This document shows, in pieces, positions 56,743 through 64,000 of a stretch of 64,000 nucleotides of DNA. The position numbers were made by a program, and so were the translations under genes. The notes below the pieces were generated by a model. That model did not search any database and was not told where the DNA came from. It saw nothing but the letters and a program-made list of their open reading frames with translations. Numbering within the stretch: the stretch's first letter is position 1; each line of letters starts with the position of its first letter. Location: sequence record DRR378314_1434; one strand, written 5' to 3'.

Positions 56743-57534
56743 ATGACAAATCAAGACTACAAGCCTGGTGATATCCTGCTGGAAGTAAATGATATCAGCC
56801 TTTCTTTTGGTGCGGTCCGCGCAATTTCTGATGTGAGTTTTGACATCAAGAAAGGCGAAATTCGGGCGATTATCGGCCCCAACGGTGCTGGTAAAACCTC
56901 TATGCTGAATTGCATCAATGGATTTTACCATCCGCAGCAAGGAACTATTACTTATAAAGGGCAGACGCGAAGTGCAATGAAGCCCCATGAAGCTGCGGCT
57001 CAGGGGATCGGCCGAACCTTTCAGAATGTGGCTTTGTTCCGCGGAATGTCCACACTGGACAACATCATGACGGGCCGGAATCTGAAGATGAAATCCGGTT
57101 TATTTTCCTCCATGATTTGGTGGGGAAGAGCTCAGAAAGAAGAGCTGGAACATCGTCTTTTTGTGGAAAATATTATTGATTTTCTGGAAATTGAAGCGAT
57201 CCGGAAAACGCCGGTTGGCCGTCTTCCTTATGGTTTGCAAAAACGAGTGGAGCTGGGGCGGGCACTTGCCGCTGAACCTGAGCTTTTGCTGCTGGATGAG
57301 CCAATGGCGGGGATGAACCTTGAGGAGAAAGAGGACATGTGCCGCTTTATTCTCGATGTGAACGATGAATTTGGCACGACCATCTGTTTGATTGAGCATG
57401 ATATGGGCGTGGTTATGGATATTTCTGACCGGGTCATGGTGCTTGATTATGGCGGAAAAATCGGGGATGGCATCCCCGAAGAAGTTCGCAATGACCAGAG
57501 AGTCGTCGACGCCTATCTGGGCGGCGGTCATTAA
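56743..57534 (+). CDS. ABC ATP-binding protein (LivG-like)
   Basis: GPNGAGKT, RTFQN, LPYGLQKR, LDEP and IEHDM. Confidence 0.92.
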   Translation: MTNQDYKPGDILLEVNDISLSFGAVRAISDVSFDIKKGEIRAIIGPNGAGKTSMLNCINGFYHPQQGTITYKGQTRSAMKPHEAAAQGIGRTFQNVALFRGMSTLDNIMTGRNLKMKSGLFSSMIWWGRAQKEELEHRLFVENIIDFLEIEAIRKTPVGRLPYGLQKRVELGRALAAEPELLLLDEPMAGMNLEEKEDMCRFILDVNDEFGTTICLIEHDMGVVMDISDRVMVLDYGGKIGDGIPEEVRNDQRVVDAYLGGGH

Positions 57535-57555
57535 TCCAAAACAGGAGATGTAAGT

Positions 57556-58449
57556 ATGGTGGACTTTTTGTTCTTCGTTGAGGTCCTGTTAAGTGGATTG
57601 TTGACAGGTGCTCTTTATTCTTTGGTGGCCCTCGGCTTTGTGCTGATCTTTAAGGCCTCCGGTGTGTTTAACTTTGCTCAGGGCGCAATGATGCTTTTTG
57701 CTGCTCTCAGCCTTGTGGGTGTCCAAGAGGCACTGGGTGTTCATTGGTCAATCGCATTTCTGGTGACGGTGGGCATCATGATCGCCCTTGCCTGGTGCGT
57801 CGAAAAATTTGTGCTTGGTAAATTGGTCAATCAGGAGCCCATTATTCTGTTCATGGCAACCATTGGGATTACCTTCTTCCTTGATGGTTTTGGGCAAACG
57901 ATTTGGGGCAGTGACATCAAGGTTATGGATGTCGGTTTACCCAATGATATTTTTGATGTTGGCGGTGTTTTCATCGATCAGTTGGAATTGGTGGCCGGTT
58001 TGACCGCTGCGGCGCTTGTTGCCCTGTTGGCCATCTTCTTTAATAAGACCAAGATTGGCCGGGCGCTTCGGGCTGTTGCGGATGATCATCAGGCTGCCAT
58101 GTCTGTCGGTATTTCCCTTCGGTATATCTGGATTGTCGTTTGGACGGTTGCGGGTCTGGTCGGTTTGGTCGCCGGGATTATGTGGGGCTCGAAACTGGGT
58201 GTTCAATTCAGTCTTAGCCTCATTGCCCTGAAAGCACTTCCTGTTCTGATGCTGGGTGGTTTCACCTCGATCCCTGGGGCAATTGTTGGCGGATTGATTA
58301 TTGGTGCCGGAGAGAAACTGGCTGAAATTTACCTGGGCCCAATTATTGGCGGCGCGATTGAAAACTGGTTTGCCTACATGCTGGCCATGTTGTTCCTGCT
58401 TTTCCGTCCGCAGGGTCTGTTCGGTGAAAAGATTATTGAGAGGGTTTAG
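57556..58449 (+). CDS. ABC permease (LivH-like)
   Basis: LVALGFVLIFKASGVFNFAQG and FRPQGLFG. Confidence 0.92.
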   Translation: MVDFLFFVEVLLSGLLTGALYSLVALGFVLIFKASGVFNFAQGAMMLFAALSLVGVQEALGVHWSIAFLVTVGIMIALAWCVEKFVLGKLVNQEPIILFMATIGITFFLDGFGQTIWGSDIKVMDVGLPNDIFDVGGVFIDQLELVAGLTAAALVALLAIFFNKTKIGRALRAVADDHQAAMSVGISLRYIWIVVWTVAGLVGLVAGIMWGSKLGVQFSLSLIALKALPVLMLGGFTSIPGAIVGGLIIGAGEKLAEIYLGPIIGGAIENWFAYMLAMLFLLFRPQGLFGEKIIERV

Positions 58450-58454
58450 TCAGA

Positions 58455-59540
58455 ATGTTTTATCGTGAAGCTGGACAGTTTAAGTCCTCTTATAAAGAAG
58501 ATCAGGCAGTATTCCCTATCCTTCAGGATCGGATCGGGATCGGGATCATTCTGTTAATCGCTTTTTTTGGCATTCCCTTGCTGGCAAGTGAATATTTCAT
58601 CAGTGCAATCATGACGCCGTTTTTGATCCTGGCTCTGGCGGCTATCGGATTGAACATTCTGACAGGTTATGCAGGACAGATCTCGCTCGGAACCGGGGGG
58701 TTCATGGCTGTGGGCGCTTTTGCCGCCTATAAGTTTGCCACTTTCTCCTTCACTATTGGCGGGGTGGAAGGTGCTGTACCGCTGGTCCTAACTATTCTGC
58801 TTTCCGGTTTGGTTGCTGCACTTGTCGGGATTATGTTCGGTATTCCGTCCCTTCGGATTAAAGGTTTTTATCTGGCAGTGGCCACACTTGCAGCCCAGTT
58901 CTTTCTGGAATGGTTATTTGTGAAAGTGGGCTGGTTCACCAACTACAGTCCTTCAGGTGTTATTACCGCCCCGCCACTGGTGGTTCTGGGCTATGAATTT
59001 AATACCGCGCCGGAGAAATATATCTTTACGCTGTCCTTTGTTGCGGTTCTTGCGCTGGCGGCTAAAAACCTGGTGCGAAGCCATATCGGACGCGGCTGGA
59101 TGGCAATTAGGGATATGGATATTGCCGCCGAGATTATTGGCTTTAAGCCCTTGCAGACGAAACTTTCGGCTTTTGCCGTCAGTTCCTTCTTTTGCGGGGT
59201 TGCGGGCGCGCTATGGGCCTTCGTGCATCTTGGCACCGTGGAGCCTGAAGCCTTTGGCATCAACCGCTCTTTCGCGATTTTGTTCATGGTAATCATTGGG
59301 GGCATGGGCAGTATTCTTGGATCGTTTATCGGTGCTGGTTTCATCATGTTATTGCCTATTTTCCTAAACAATGTACCGCCAATGATTGGTTGGGAAATTG
59401 GCGTGGATATGGTTGCTCATCTTGAATTCATGGTGTTTGGCGTTCTGATTATCTTTTTCTTGATTGTAGAGCCTCATGGGCTTGCAAGATTATGGACTAT
59501 CGGCAAGGAAAAACTGAGAACCTGGCCGTTTCCATATTGA
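58455..59540 (+). CDS. ABC permease (LivM-like)
   Basis: GLNILTGYAGQISLG, SLRIKGFYLAVATLAAQ and EPHGLA. Confidence 0.92.
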   Translation: MFYREAGQFKSSYKEDQAVFPILQDRIGIGIILLIAFFGIPLLASEYFISAIMTPFLILALAAIGLNILTGYAGQISLGTGGFMAVGAFAAYKFATFSFTIGGVEGAVPLVLTILLSGLVAALVGIMFGIPSLRIKGFYLAVATLAAQFFLEWLFVKVGWFTNYSPSGVITAPPLVVLGYEFNTAPEKYIFTLSFVAVLALAAKNLVRSHIGRGWMAIRDMDIAAEIIGFKPLQTKLSAFAVSSFFCGVAGALWAFVHLGTVEPEAFGINRSFAILFMVIIGGMGSILGSFIGAGFIMLLPIFLNNVPPMIGWEIGVDMVAHLEFMVFGVLIIFFLIVEPHGLARLWTIGKEKLRTWPFPY

Positions 59541-59646
59541 TCTATTGCTGAAGGCCGGTCACAGTTCAGATCTGGTTTTCAGGAATGGAAAACGTCTCTT
59601 GGCGGTTTCGACCGCGTGTAAACAAGGGTAACTCTGGGAGGAAAAT

Positions 59647-60963
59647 ATGAGTTTGAAGAAATTTGTTCTCGGTGCTTTGGGGGCGGCAGTAATCGCGGCT
59701 CCATTTACAGCACCAGCCCCTGCATTTGCAGAAGATACGCTGTATTTGCCGAAATTGGTTTACCGGACTGGTCCTTTTGCGCCGGGTGGTATTCCAACAG
59801 CCAATGGCGCTGCTGATTATTGGGCAATGATCAATGAGCGTGATGGTGGCGTCAACGGTGCGCGGGTCATCCACGAAGAATGTGAGTTTGGCTATAACAC
59901 GGACCGCGGTGTTGAATGTTATGAGCGGACTAAAAGCAACAACAACGGTGCCTTGATTTATCAACCGTATAGCACAGGTGTCACTTACGCACTTGCTGAT
60001 CGGACACGGACAGATAAAATTCCCCTTTTGACAATGGGTTATGGTCGTGCGGACGCTGGTGTTGGAACAGCATTTCCATATGTTTTTCCAATGATGACCA
60101 ACTATTGGGGTCAGGCAACTGGCATCATGAAATATATCGCCAAGCAAGAGGGCGGTATGGAAAAACTTAAAGATAAAACAATCGCACTTGTGTATCTGGA
60201 CATTGCTTATGGTAAGGAATCTATTCCTATTTTCGATACCATGTCCGATAAGTTTGGCTTCGGTCTGAAAAAATATCCGGTGGTTTTCCCTGGAATTGAA
60301 CAGAAAGCAACCTGGCTCCAGATCCGCCGTGCGAAACCAGACTACATTGTAATGTGGGGCTGGGGTGCAATGAATGCTGCTGCTATCAAAGAAGCCGCTA
60401 AAATTCGTTTCCCGGCTGAAAATTTCATTGGTAACTGGTGGGCCGGTGCCGAGCAGGATACGATCCCTGCAGGCGACGCTGCAGTTGGCTACAAAAGTGC
60501 AACCTTCTCTGCTGCGGGTACAGATTTCCCTGTAATCAAAGACATCATGAAACATGTCTATGAAAAAGGAAATGGTGCGGGCGAAGAGAATGTTGGCCAG
60601 GTGCTTTATAACCGGTCAGTTTTGACACAGGTCTTTATCCATGCAGGCATCTTGGCTGCACAGGAAAAATTCGGTGTGAAAGCAATTACATCTGAACAGC
60701 TCCGTTGGGGTATGGAAAATCTGACGCTTGATGCAGCAACAGCCAAGAAAATGGGTGTTGAAGGCATGGGGCCAGAGATTTCACCAACCTGCTCTGATCA
60801 TGTTGGCGGCGGTTCATTCCGTATCCAGCAGTGGGATGGCAAACAGTGGAACATCGTCTCAGATGAACTCACACCTATGAATGATCTTGTTTTGCCAGCG
60901 ATGAAAGACTCTGCTGACAATTACCTGAAAGAAAAAGGCCTGGATGCAGTTAGCTGCTCCTAA
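59647..60963 (+). CDS. ABC substrate-binding protein (Liv/periplasmic-binding type 1)
   Basis: Signal peptide ending in AFA, YRTGPFA, INERDGGVNG and GVECYER; GGGAGG RBS. Confidence 0.9.
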   Translation: MSLKKFVLGALGAAVIAAPFTAPAPAFAEDTLYLPKLVYRTGPFAPGGIPTANGAADYWAMINERDGGVNGARVIHEECEFGYNTDRGVECYERTKSNNNGALIYQPYSTGVTYALADRTRTDKIPLLTMGYGRADAGVGTAFPYVFPMMTNYWGQATGIMKYIAKQEGGMEKLKDKTIALVYLDIAYGKESIPIFDTMSDKFGFGLKKYPVVFPGIEQKATWLQIRRAKPDYIVMWGWGAMNAAAIKEAAKIRFPAENFIGNWWAGAEQDTIPAGDAAVGYKSATFSAAGTDFPVIKDIMKHVYEKGNGAGEENVGQVLYNRSVLTQVFIHAGILAAQEKFGVKAITSEQLRWGMENLTLDAATAKKMGVEGMGPEISPTCSDHVGGGSFRIQQWDGKQWNIVSDELTPMNDLVLPAMKDSADNYLKEKGLDAVSCS

Positions 60964-60994
60964 GTGTTAGTGACGAATAAAGGAAGTCTTGCCA

Positions 60995-61810
60995 ATGAAT
61001 GCGTCAAGCAATCCCCTTCTTAGGGTGAATAATATCGAGGTCATTTATGACCATGTTATCCTCGTCTTGAAAGGTGTCTCTTTGGAGGTGCCGGAGGGAG
61101 CCATTGTCTCTATTCTTGGAGCTAATGGTGCTGGCAAGACAACTTCCTTGAAAGCCATTTCGAACCTCCTCCGCTCTGAGCGTGGGGAGGTTACGAAAGG
61201 CTCTATCGAATATCGTGGTAAAAACATTACGGAAAAATCGCCGGCTGAGCTGGTGACCCAGGGTGTAGTGCAGGTGATGGAAGGCCGTCATTGTTTTGAG
61301 CATTTGACGGTGGAAGAGAATTTGTTGACTGGTGCCTATACCCGAAAAGGGGGCCGGGCCATGATCACCGAAGAACTGGAAAAGGTTTATCATTATTTCC
61401 CCCGCCTAAAAGAACGGCGGACATCTCTTGCCGGGTATGTATCTGGTGGGGAGCAGCAAATGGTTGCTGTTGGCCGGGCCCTGATGGCCGAGCCAAGCCT
61501 GATTTTACTGGATGAGCCCTCCATGGGACTTGCGCCGCAGCTGGTGGAAGAGATTTTTGAAATTGTAAAACGCCTGAATGAAGAAACCGGGGTCAGTTTC
61601 CTGGTGGCAGAGCAGAATGCAACGATTGCGCTGAAATATGCGCATTATGGATATATCCTTGAAAATGGTCGCGTCGTAATGGATGGGGCCGCGAAGGATC
61701 TGTCTAACAACGAAGATGTAAAAGAATTTTACCTCGGACTTGGTGGTGACGGCCGCAAGAGTTTCCGGGATGTGAAGCATTACCGGCGGCGTAAACGTTG
61801 GCTTGCGTGA
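60995..61810 (+). CDS. ABC ATP-binding protein (LivF-like)
   Basis: GANGAGKTT, SGGEQQM, LDEPSMGLAP and a HYRRRKRWL C-terminus. Confidence 0.92.
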   Translation: MNASSNPLLRVNNIEVIYDHVILVLKGVSLEVPEGAIVSILGANGAGKTTSLKAISNLLRSERGEVTKGSIEYRGKNITEKSPAELVTQGVVQVMEGRHCFEHLTVEENLLTGAYTRKGGRAMITEELEKVYHYFPRLKERRTSLAGYVSGGEQQMVAVGRALMAEPSLILLDEPSMGLAPQLVEEIFEIVKRLNEETGVSFLVAEQNATIALKYAHYGYILENGRVVMDGAAKDLSNNEDVKEFYLGLGGDGRKSFRDVKHYRRRKRWLA

Positions 61811-61818
61811 TCCAATTC

Positions 61819-61859
61819 AAAAGCAACTGAAGATCTTGACGATTTTGGTTGCTTTTTTT
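61819..61859 (+). terminator. Intrinsic terminator between the livF-like and paaK-like genes
   Basis: aaaagcaac...gttgcttttttt imperfect stem plus U-tract. Confidence 0.65.
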
Positions 61860-61900
61860 GTGGACGGCATGGGTATGGAATAGAAAGAGAAATAAAGATC

Positions 61901-63148
61901 ATGACAGGCTCTGGTGAATATTATGATGATCTGGAAACCAGATCGTCCGAACAGCGACAGAAAGATCAGGTAAAAAATCTTCAGGCGCAGTTGGCACACG
62001 CAAAATCGAACTCGGCCTATTTTGGTGAGCTCCTGAAAGATATCGATCCGGCCTCTATCGACAGTCTTGATGCGTTGGCAAAACTGCCGGTAACCCGAAA
62101 ATCTGACTTGATTGCGAAACAAAAAGATAATCCGCCGCTTGGTGGTTTAAACGGTGAAGAAATTGACTCCGTGGCAAATGTGTTCATGTCACCTGGTCCC
62201 ATTTTTGAGCCGGGGCAGAGCACTAAGGATTATTTTCGGATGGGCCGGGCCATGTGGGCCGCAGGCTTTCGGCCAGGAGACTTGGTTTATAACACCTTTT
62301 CCTACCATATGACACCTGCCGGACACATGATGGAGAGCGGTGCGCGAGCTGTTGGCTGCCCTGTGTTTCCAGCCGGGATCGGCAACACGGAAATGCAGCT
62401 TCAGGCGATTGCCACCCTTAAGCCGCGGGCTTATGTGGGAACCCCTTCTTTCCTGAAAATTCTGTTGGAAAAAGGTAAAGAGGCTGGAGCGGATATGTCA
62501 TCGCTAAAAGTCGCTAGTGTGGGCGGTGAAGCTCTGCCACCGTCTTTGCGTCAGCAGTTGCAAGAGATGGGCATTGAAACGGTTATTCAGTCTTATGGGA
62601 CTGCAGATCTGGGTCTGATTGCCTACGAAACCTACGCTATGGAAGGGATGACCATAGATGAAGGTATCATCGTGGAAATCGTGCGTCCCGGAACCGGAGA
62701 TCCGGTTGCGCCGGGCGAAGTGGGTGAAGTCGTTGTGACGACATTTAACAAGACATATCCACTGATCCGTTTTGGAACGGGCGATATGTCTGCTTTCCTG
62801 CCGGATGGGAGCCAGTGTGGCCGCACAGGTCCGCGGATTAAAGGCTGGATGGGCCGGGCGGATCAGACCGCAAAAGTCAAAGGCATGTTTGTTCATCCCG
62901 GCAGCGTGGTTGATGTGCAGAAAAAGCACGCTGAATTAAAGAAAGTTCGGTTGGTGGTCACCAGCACGGCCAACGTGGATCAGATGACTTTGCAGTGTGA
63001 AGTTGAGGGTGGGAGCGATGCGCTGAAAGATGCCGTTGCTCAATCTGTGCAAAGTCTTTGCAAACTGAAAGGTGATGTTGAATTTGTGGCCGTTGGCTCC
63101 CTTGCCAATGATGGTAAGGTCATCGATGACCAACGGACTTACGAATAA
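61901..63148 (+). CDS. Phenylacetate--CoA ligase family protein (PaaK-like)
   Basis: LPVTRKSDL, SPGPIFEP, YGTADLG, YPLIRFGTGD, GRADQTAKVKGMFVHP and VIDDQR. Confidence 0.85.
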   Translation: MTGSGEYYDDLETRSSEQRQKDQVKNLQAQLAHAKSNSAYFGELLKDIDPASIDSLDALAKLPVTRKSDLIAKQKDNPPLGGLNGEEIDSVANVFMSPGPIFEPGQSTKDYFRMGRAMWAAGFRPGDLVYNTFSYHMTPAGHMMESGARAVGCPVFPAGIGNTEMQLQAIATLKPRAYVGTPSFLKILLEKGKEAGADMSSLKVASVGGEALPPSLRQQLQEMGIETVIQSYGTADLGLIAYETYAMEGMTIDEGIIVEIVRPGTGDPVAPGEVGEVVVTTFNKTYPLIRFGTGDMSAFLPDGSQCGRTGPRIKGWMGRADQTAKVKGMFVHPGSVVDVQKKHAELKKVRLVVTSTANVDQMTLQCEVEGGSDALKDAVAQSVQSLCKLKGDVEFVAVGSLANDGKVIDDQRTYE

Positions 63149-63186
63149 GACCGAATTTGCGGCTTTTCAAGTCTATTGCGATCAAG

Positions 63187-63222
63187 GGAACAATCCTGTA
63201 GTCAGGGATTGTTCCTTTTTTT
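63187..63222 (+). terminator. Intrinsic terminator after the paaK-like gene
   Basis: ggaacaatcc-tgtagtcag-ggattgttcc-ttttttt. Confidence 0.8.
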
Positions 63223-63238
63223 CTGGGCTTTTAGGTCT

Positions 63239-63859
63239 ATGACACTTTCGGCAAGCGATCTGGCATGTATTCGGCAGGAAAGATGTATCTTTCAGAATGT
63301 CGGCTTTTCCGTGAAGCCGGGCCGGATCTTGTGGGTAAAGGGCCCAAACGGGTCAGGAAAATCCACTTTGCTTCGGGTGCTGGCCTGTTTACTGAAACCT
63401 GCTGCGGGTGAATTTTACTGGCAGGGTTCAGATGTTGGGGAAGACCCGACCAACTATCAAAAAGATTTCTGTTACATCGGGCATCAGGATGCCTTGAAAG
63501 GTACGTTCTCGGCCCGTGAGAATTTAGACTTTTGGTCTCGCTATCGGGGCGCTGGCAATGTTGCGGAGGCCTTGTCTGCTTTTGAGTTGGAAAAGATTGC
63601 TGATCATCCGGCGCAAAGTCTGTCAGCAGGGCAGAAGAAGCGTTCCAACCTCGCCCGCTTATTGATTTCCGAGGCGCCTTTGTGGATTCTGGATGAGCCG
63701 ATCAGTTCTCTGGATAGTTATTATATTGAGCTGTTTCGGAAGGTCTTGCAGGACCATTTGTCCAATGGCGGGATGGCTGTGTTGGCGACCCATCAGGATT
63801 TACACATGGGAACGGAAGATATCCTCGACATTTCTGCCTATGGCGGAGTGGCTCATTGA
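63239..63859 (+). CDS. ccmA: Heme ABC exporter ATP-binding protein CcmA
   Basis: LACIRQER, GPNGSGKST, YIGHQDALK, LSAGQKKR, LWILDEP and ATHQ; followed by ccmB. Confidence 0.92.
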   Translation: MTLSASDLACIRQERCIFQNVGFSVKPGRILWVKGPNGSGKSTLLRVLACLLKPAAGEFYWQGSDVGEDPTNYQKDFCYIGHQDALKGTFSARENLDFWSRYRGAGNVAEALSAFELEKIADHPAQSLSAGQKKRSNLARLLISEAPLWILDEPISSLDSYYIELFRKVLQDHLSNGGMAVLATHQDLHMGTEDILDISAYGGVAH

Positions 63860-64000
63860 CCGCGTTCTGGACATTGTTTAACAGGGATTTGAAGCTGGCT
63901 TATCGTCAGGGCAGTACAATTCCCATGACGCTGGCATTTTTTGTGATTGCAGTGACGTTGTTTCCGTTAGGGGTCGGGCCGGAGTTAAACATTCTGGCGC
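63856..64000 (+). CDS. ccmB: Heme exporter protein CcmB (partial, runs off the window)
   Basis: TTG start overlaps the ccmA stop: MTAFWTLFNRDLKLAYRQG...FFVIAVTLFPLGVGPE. Confidence 0.9.
   Translation, partial: MTAFWTLFNRDLKLAYRQGSTIPMTLAFFVIAVTLFPLGVGPELNILA

Noticed and set aside
59566..60555. 329-aa antisense ORF over the SBP gene
   Set aside because: Shadow of a strongly codon-biased, well-supported gene; no motif or RBS.
1..64000. Mobile elements, tRNA/rRNA, CRISPR, anti-phage systems
   Set aside because: No transposase, integrase, cas or known defence motifs and no tRNA or rRNA signatures were recognised by eye.

Overview
A gene-dense chromosomal segment, most likely from a marine or free-living alphaproteobacterium (inferred from CtrA-type TTAA-N7-TTAA boxes, a Rhodospirillales/Sneathiellales-style chemoreceptor and the DUF1223-acnA / ccmAB context). 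Contents in order: the tail of a Liv-type ABC operon with a thioesterase and RidA (aromatic-CoA catabolism style); a Cache histidine kinase and a REC-GGDEF*-EAL regulator; an AcrAB RND pump; a complete xenosiderophore uptake island (TBDR, ABC, DUF2218, ExbB/ExbD/ExbD/TonB, divergent AraC); a LysR-controlled Opp-type ABC plus amidohydrolase and CobW module; DUF2339; an SDR; an MtlD-fold protein that appears catalytically dead, convergent with two tandem GNAT-like paralogues; an enoyl-CoA hydratase; a triple-CHASE3 chemoreceptor; an ACT protein; an MshEN-AAA+ ATPase; an orphan NarL regulator; a HutC-like regulator; a candidate sRNA; htpG; an unknown lipoprotein/small-protein pair; a NUDIX hydrolase; DUF1223; acnA; an acyl-CoA ligase/Liv-ABC/PaaK-like cluster; ccmA and the start of ccmB. 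I saw no rRNA, tRNA, CRISPR array, transposase or integrase. Best leads for undescribed biology: (i) the MtlD pseudoenzyme plus GNAT pair, (ii) a putative CtrA-regulated cluster containing an MshEN-fused ATPase, (iii) the orphan sRNA upstream of htpG, (iv) the LysR regulon with two matching operators, and (v) the lipoprotein/small-protein pair. All family calls come from motif recognition by eye; no database searches were run.
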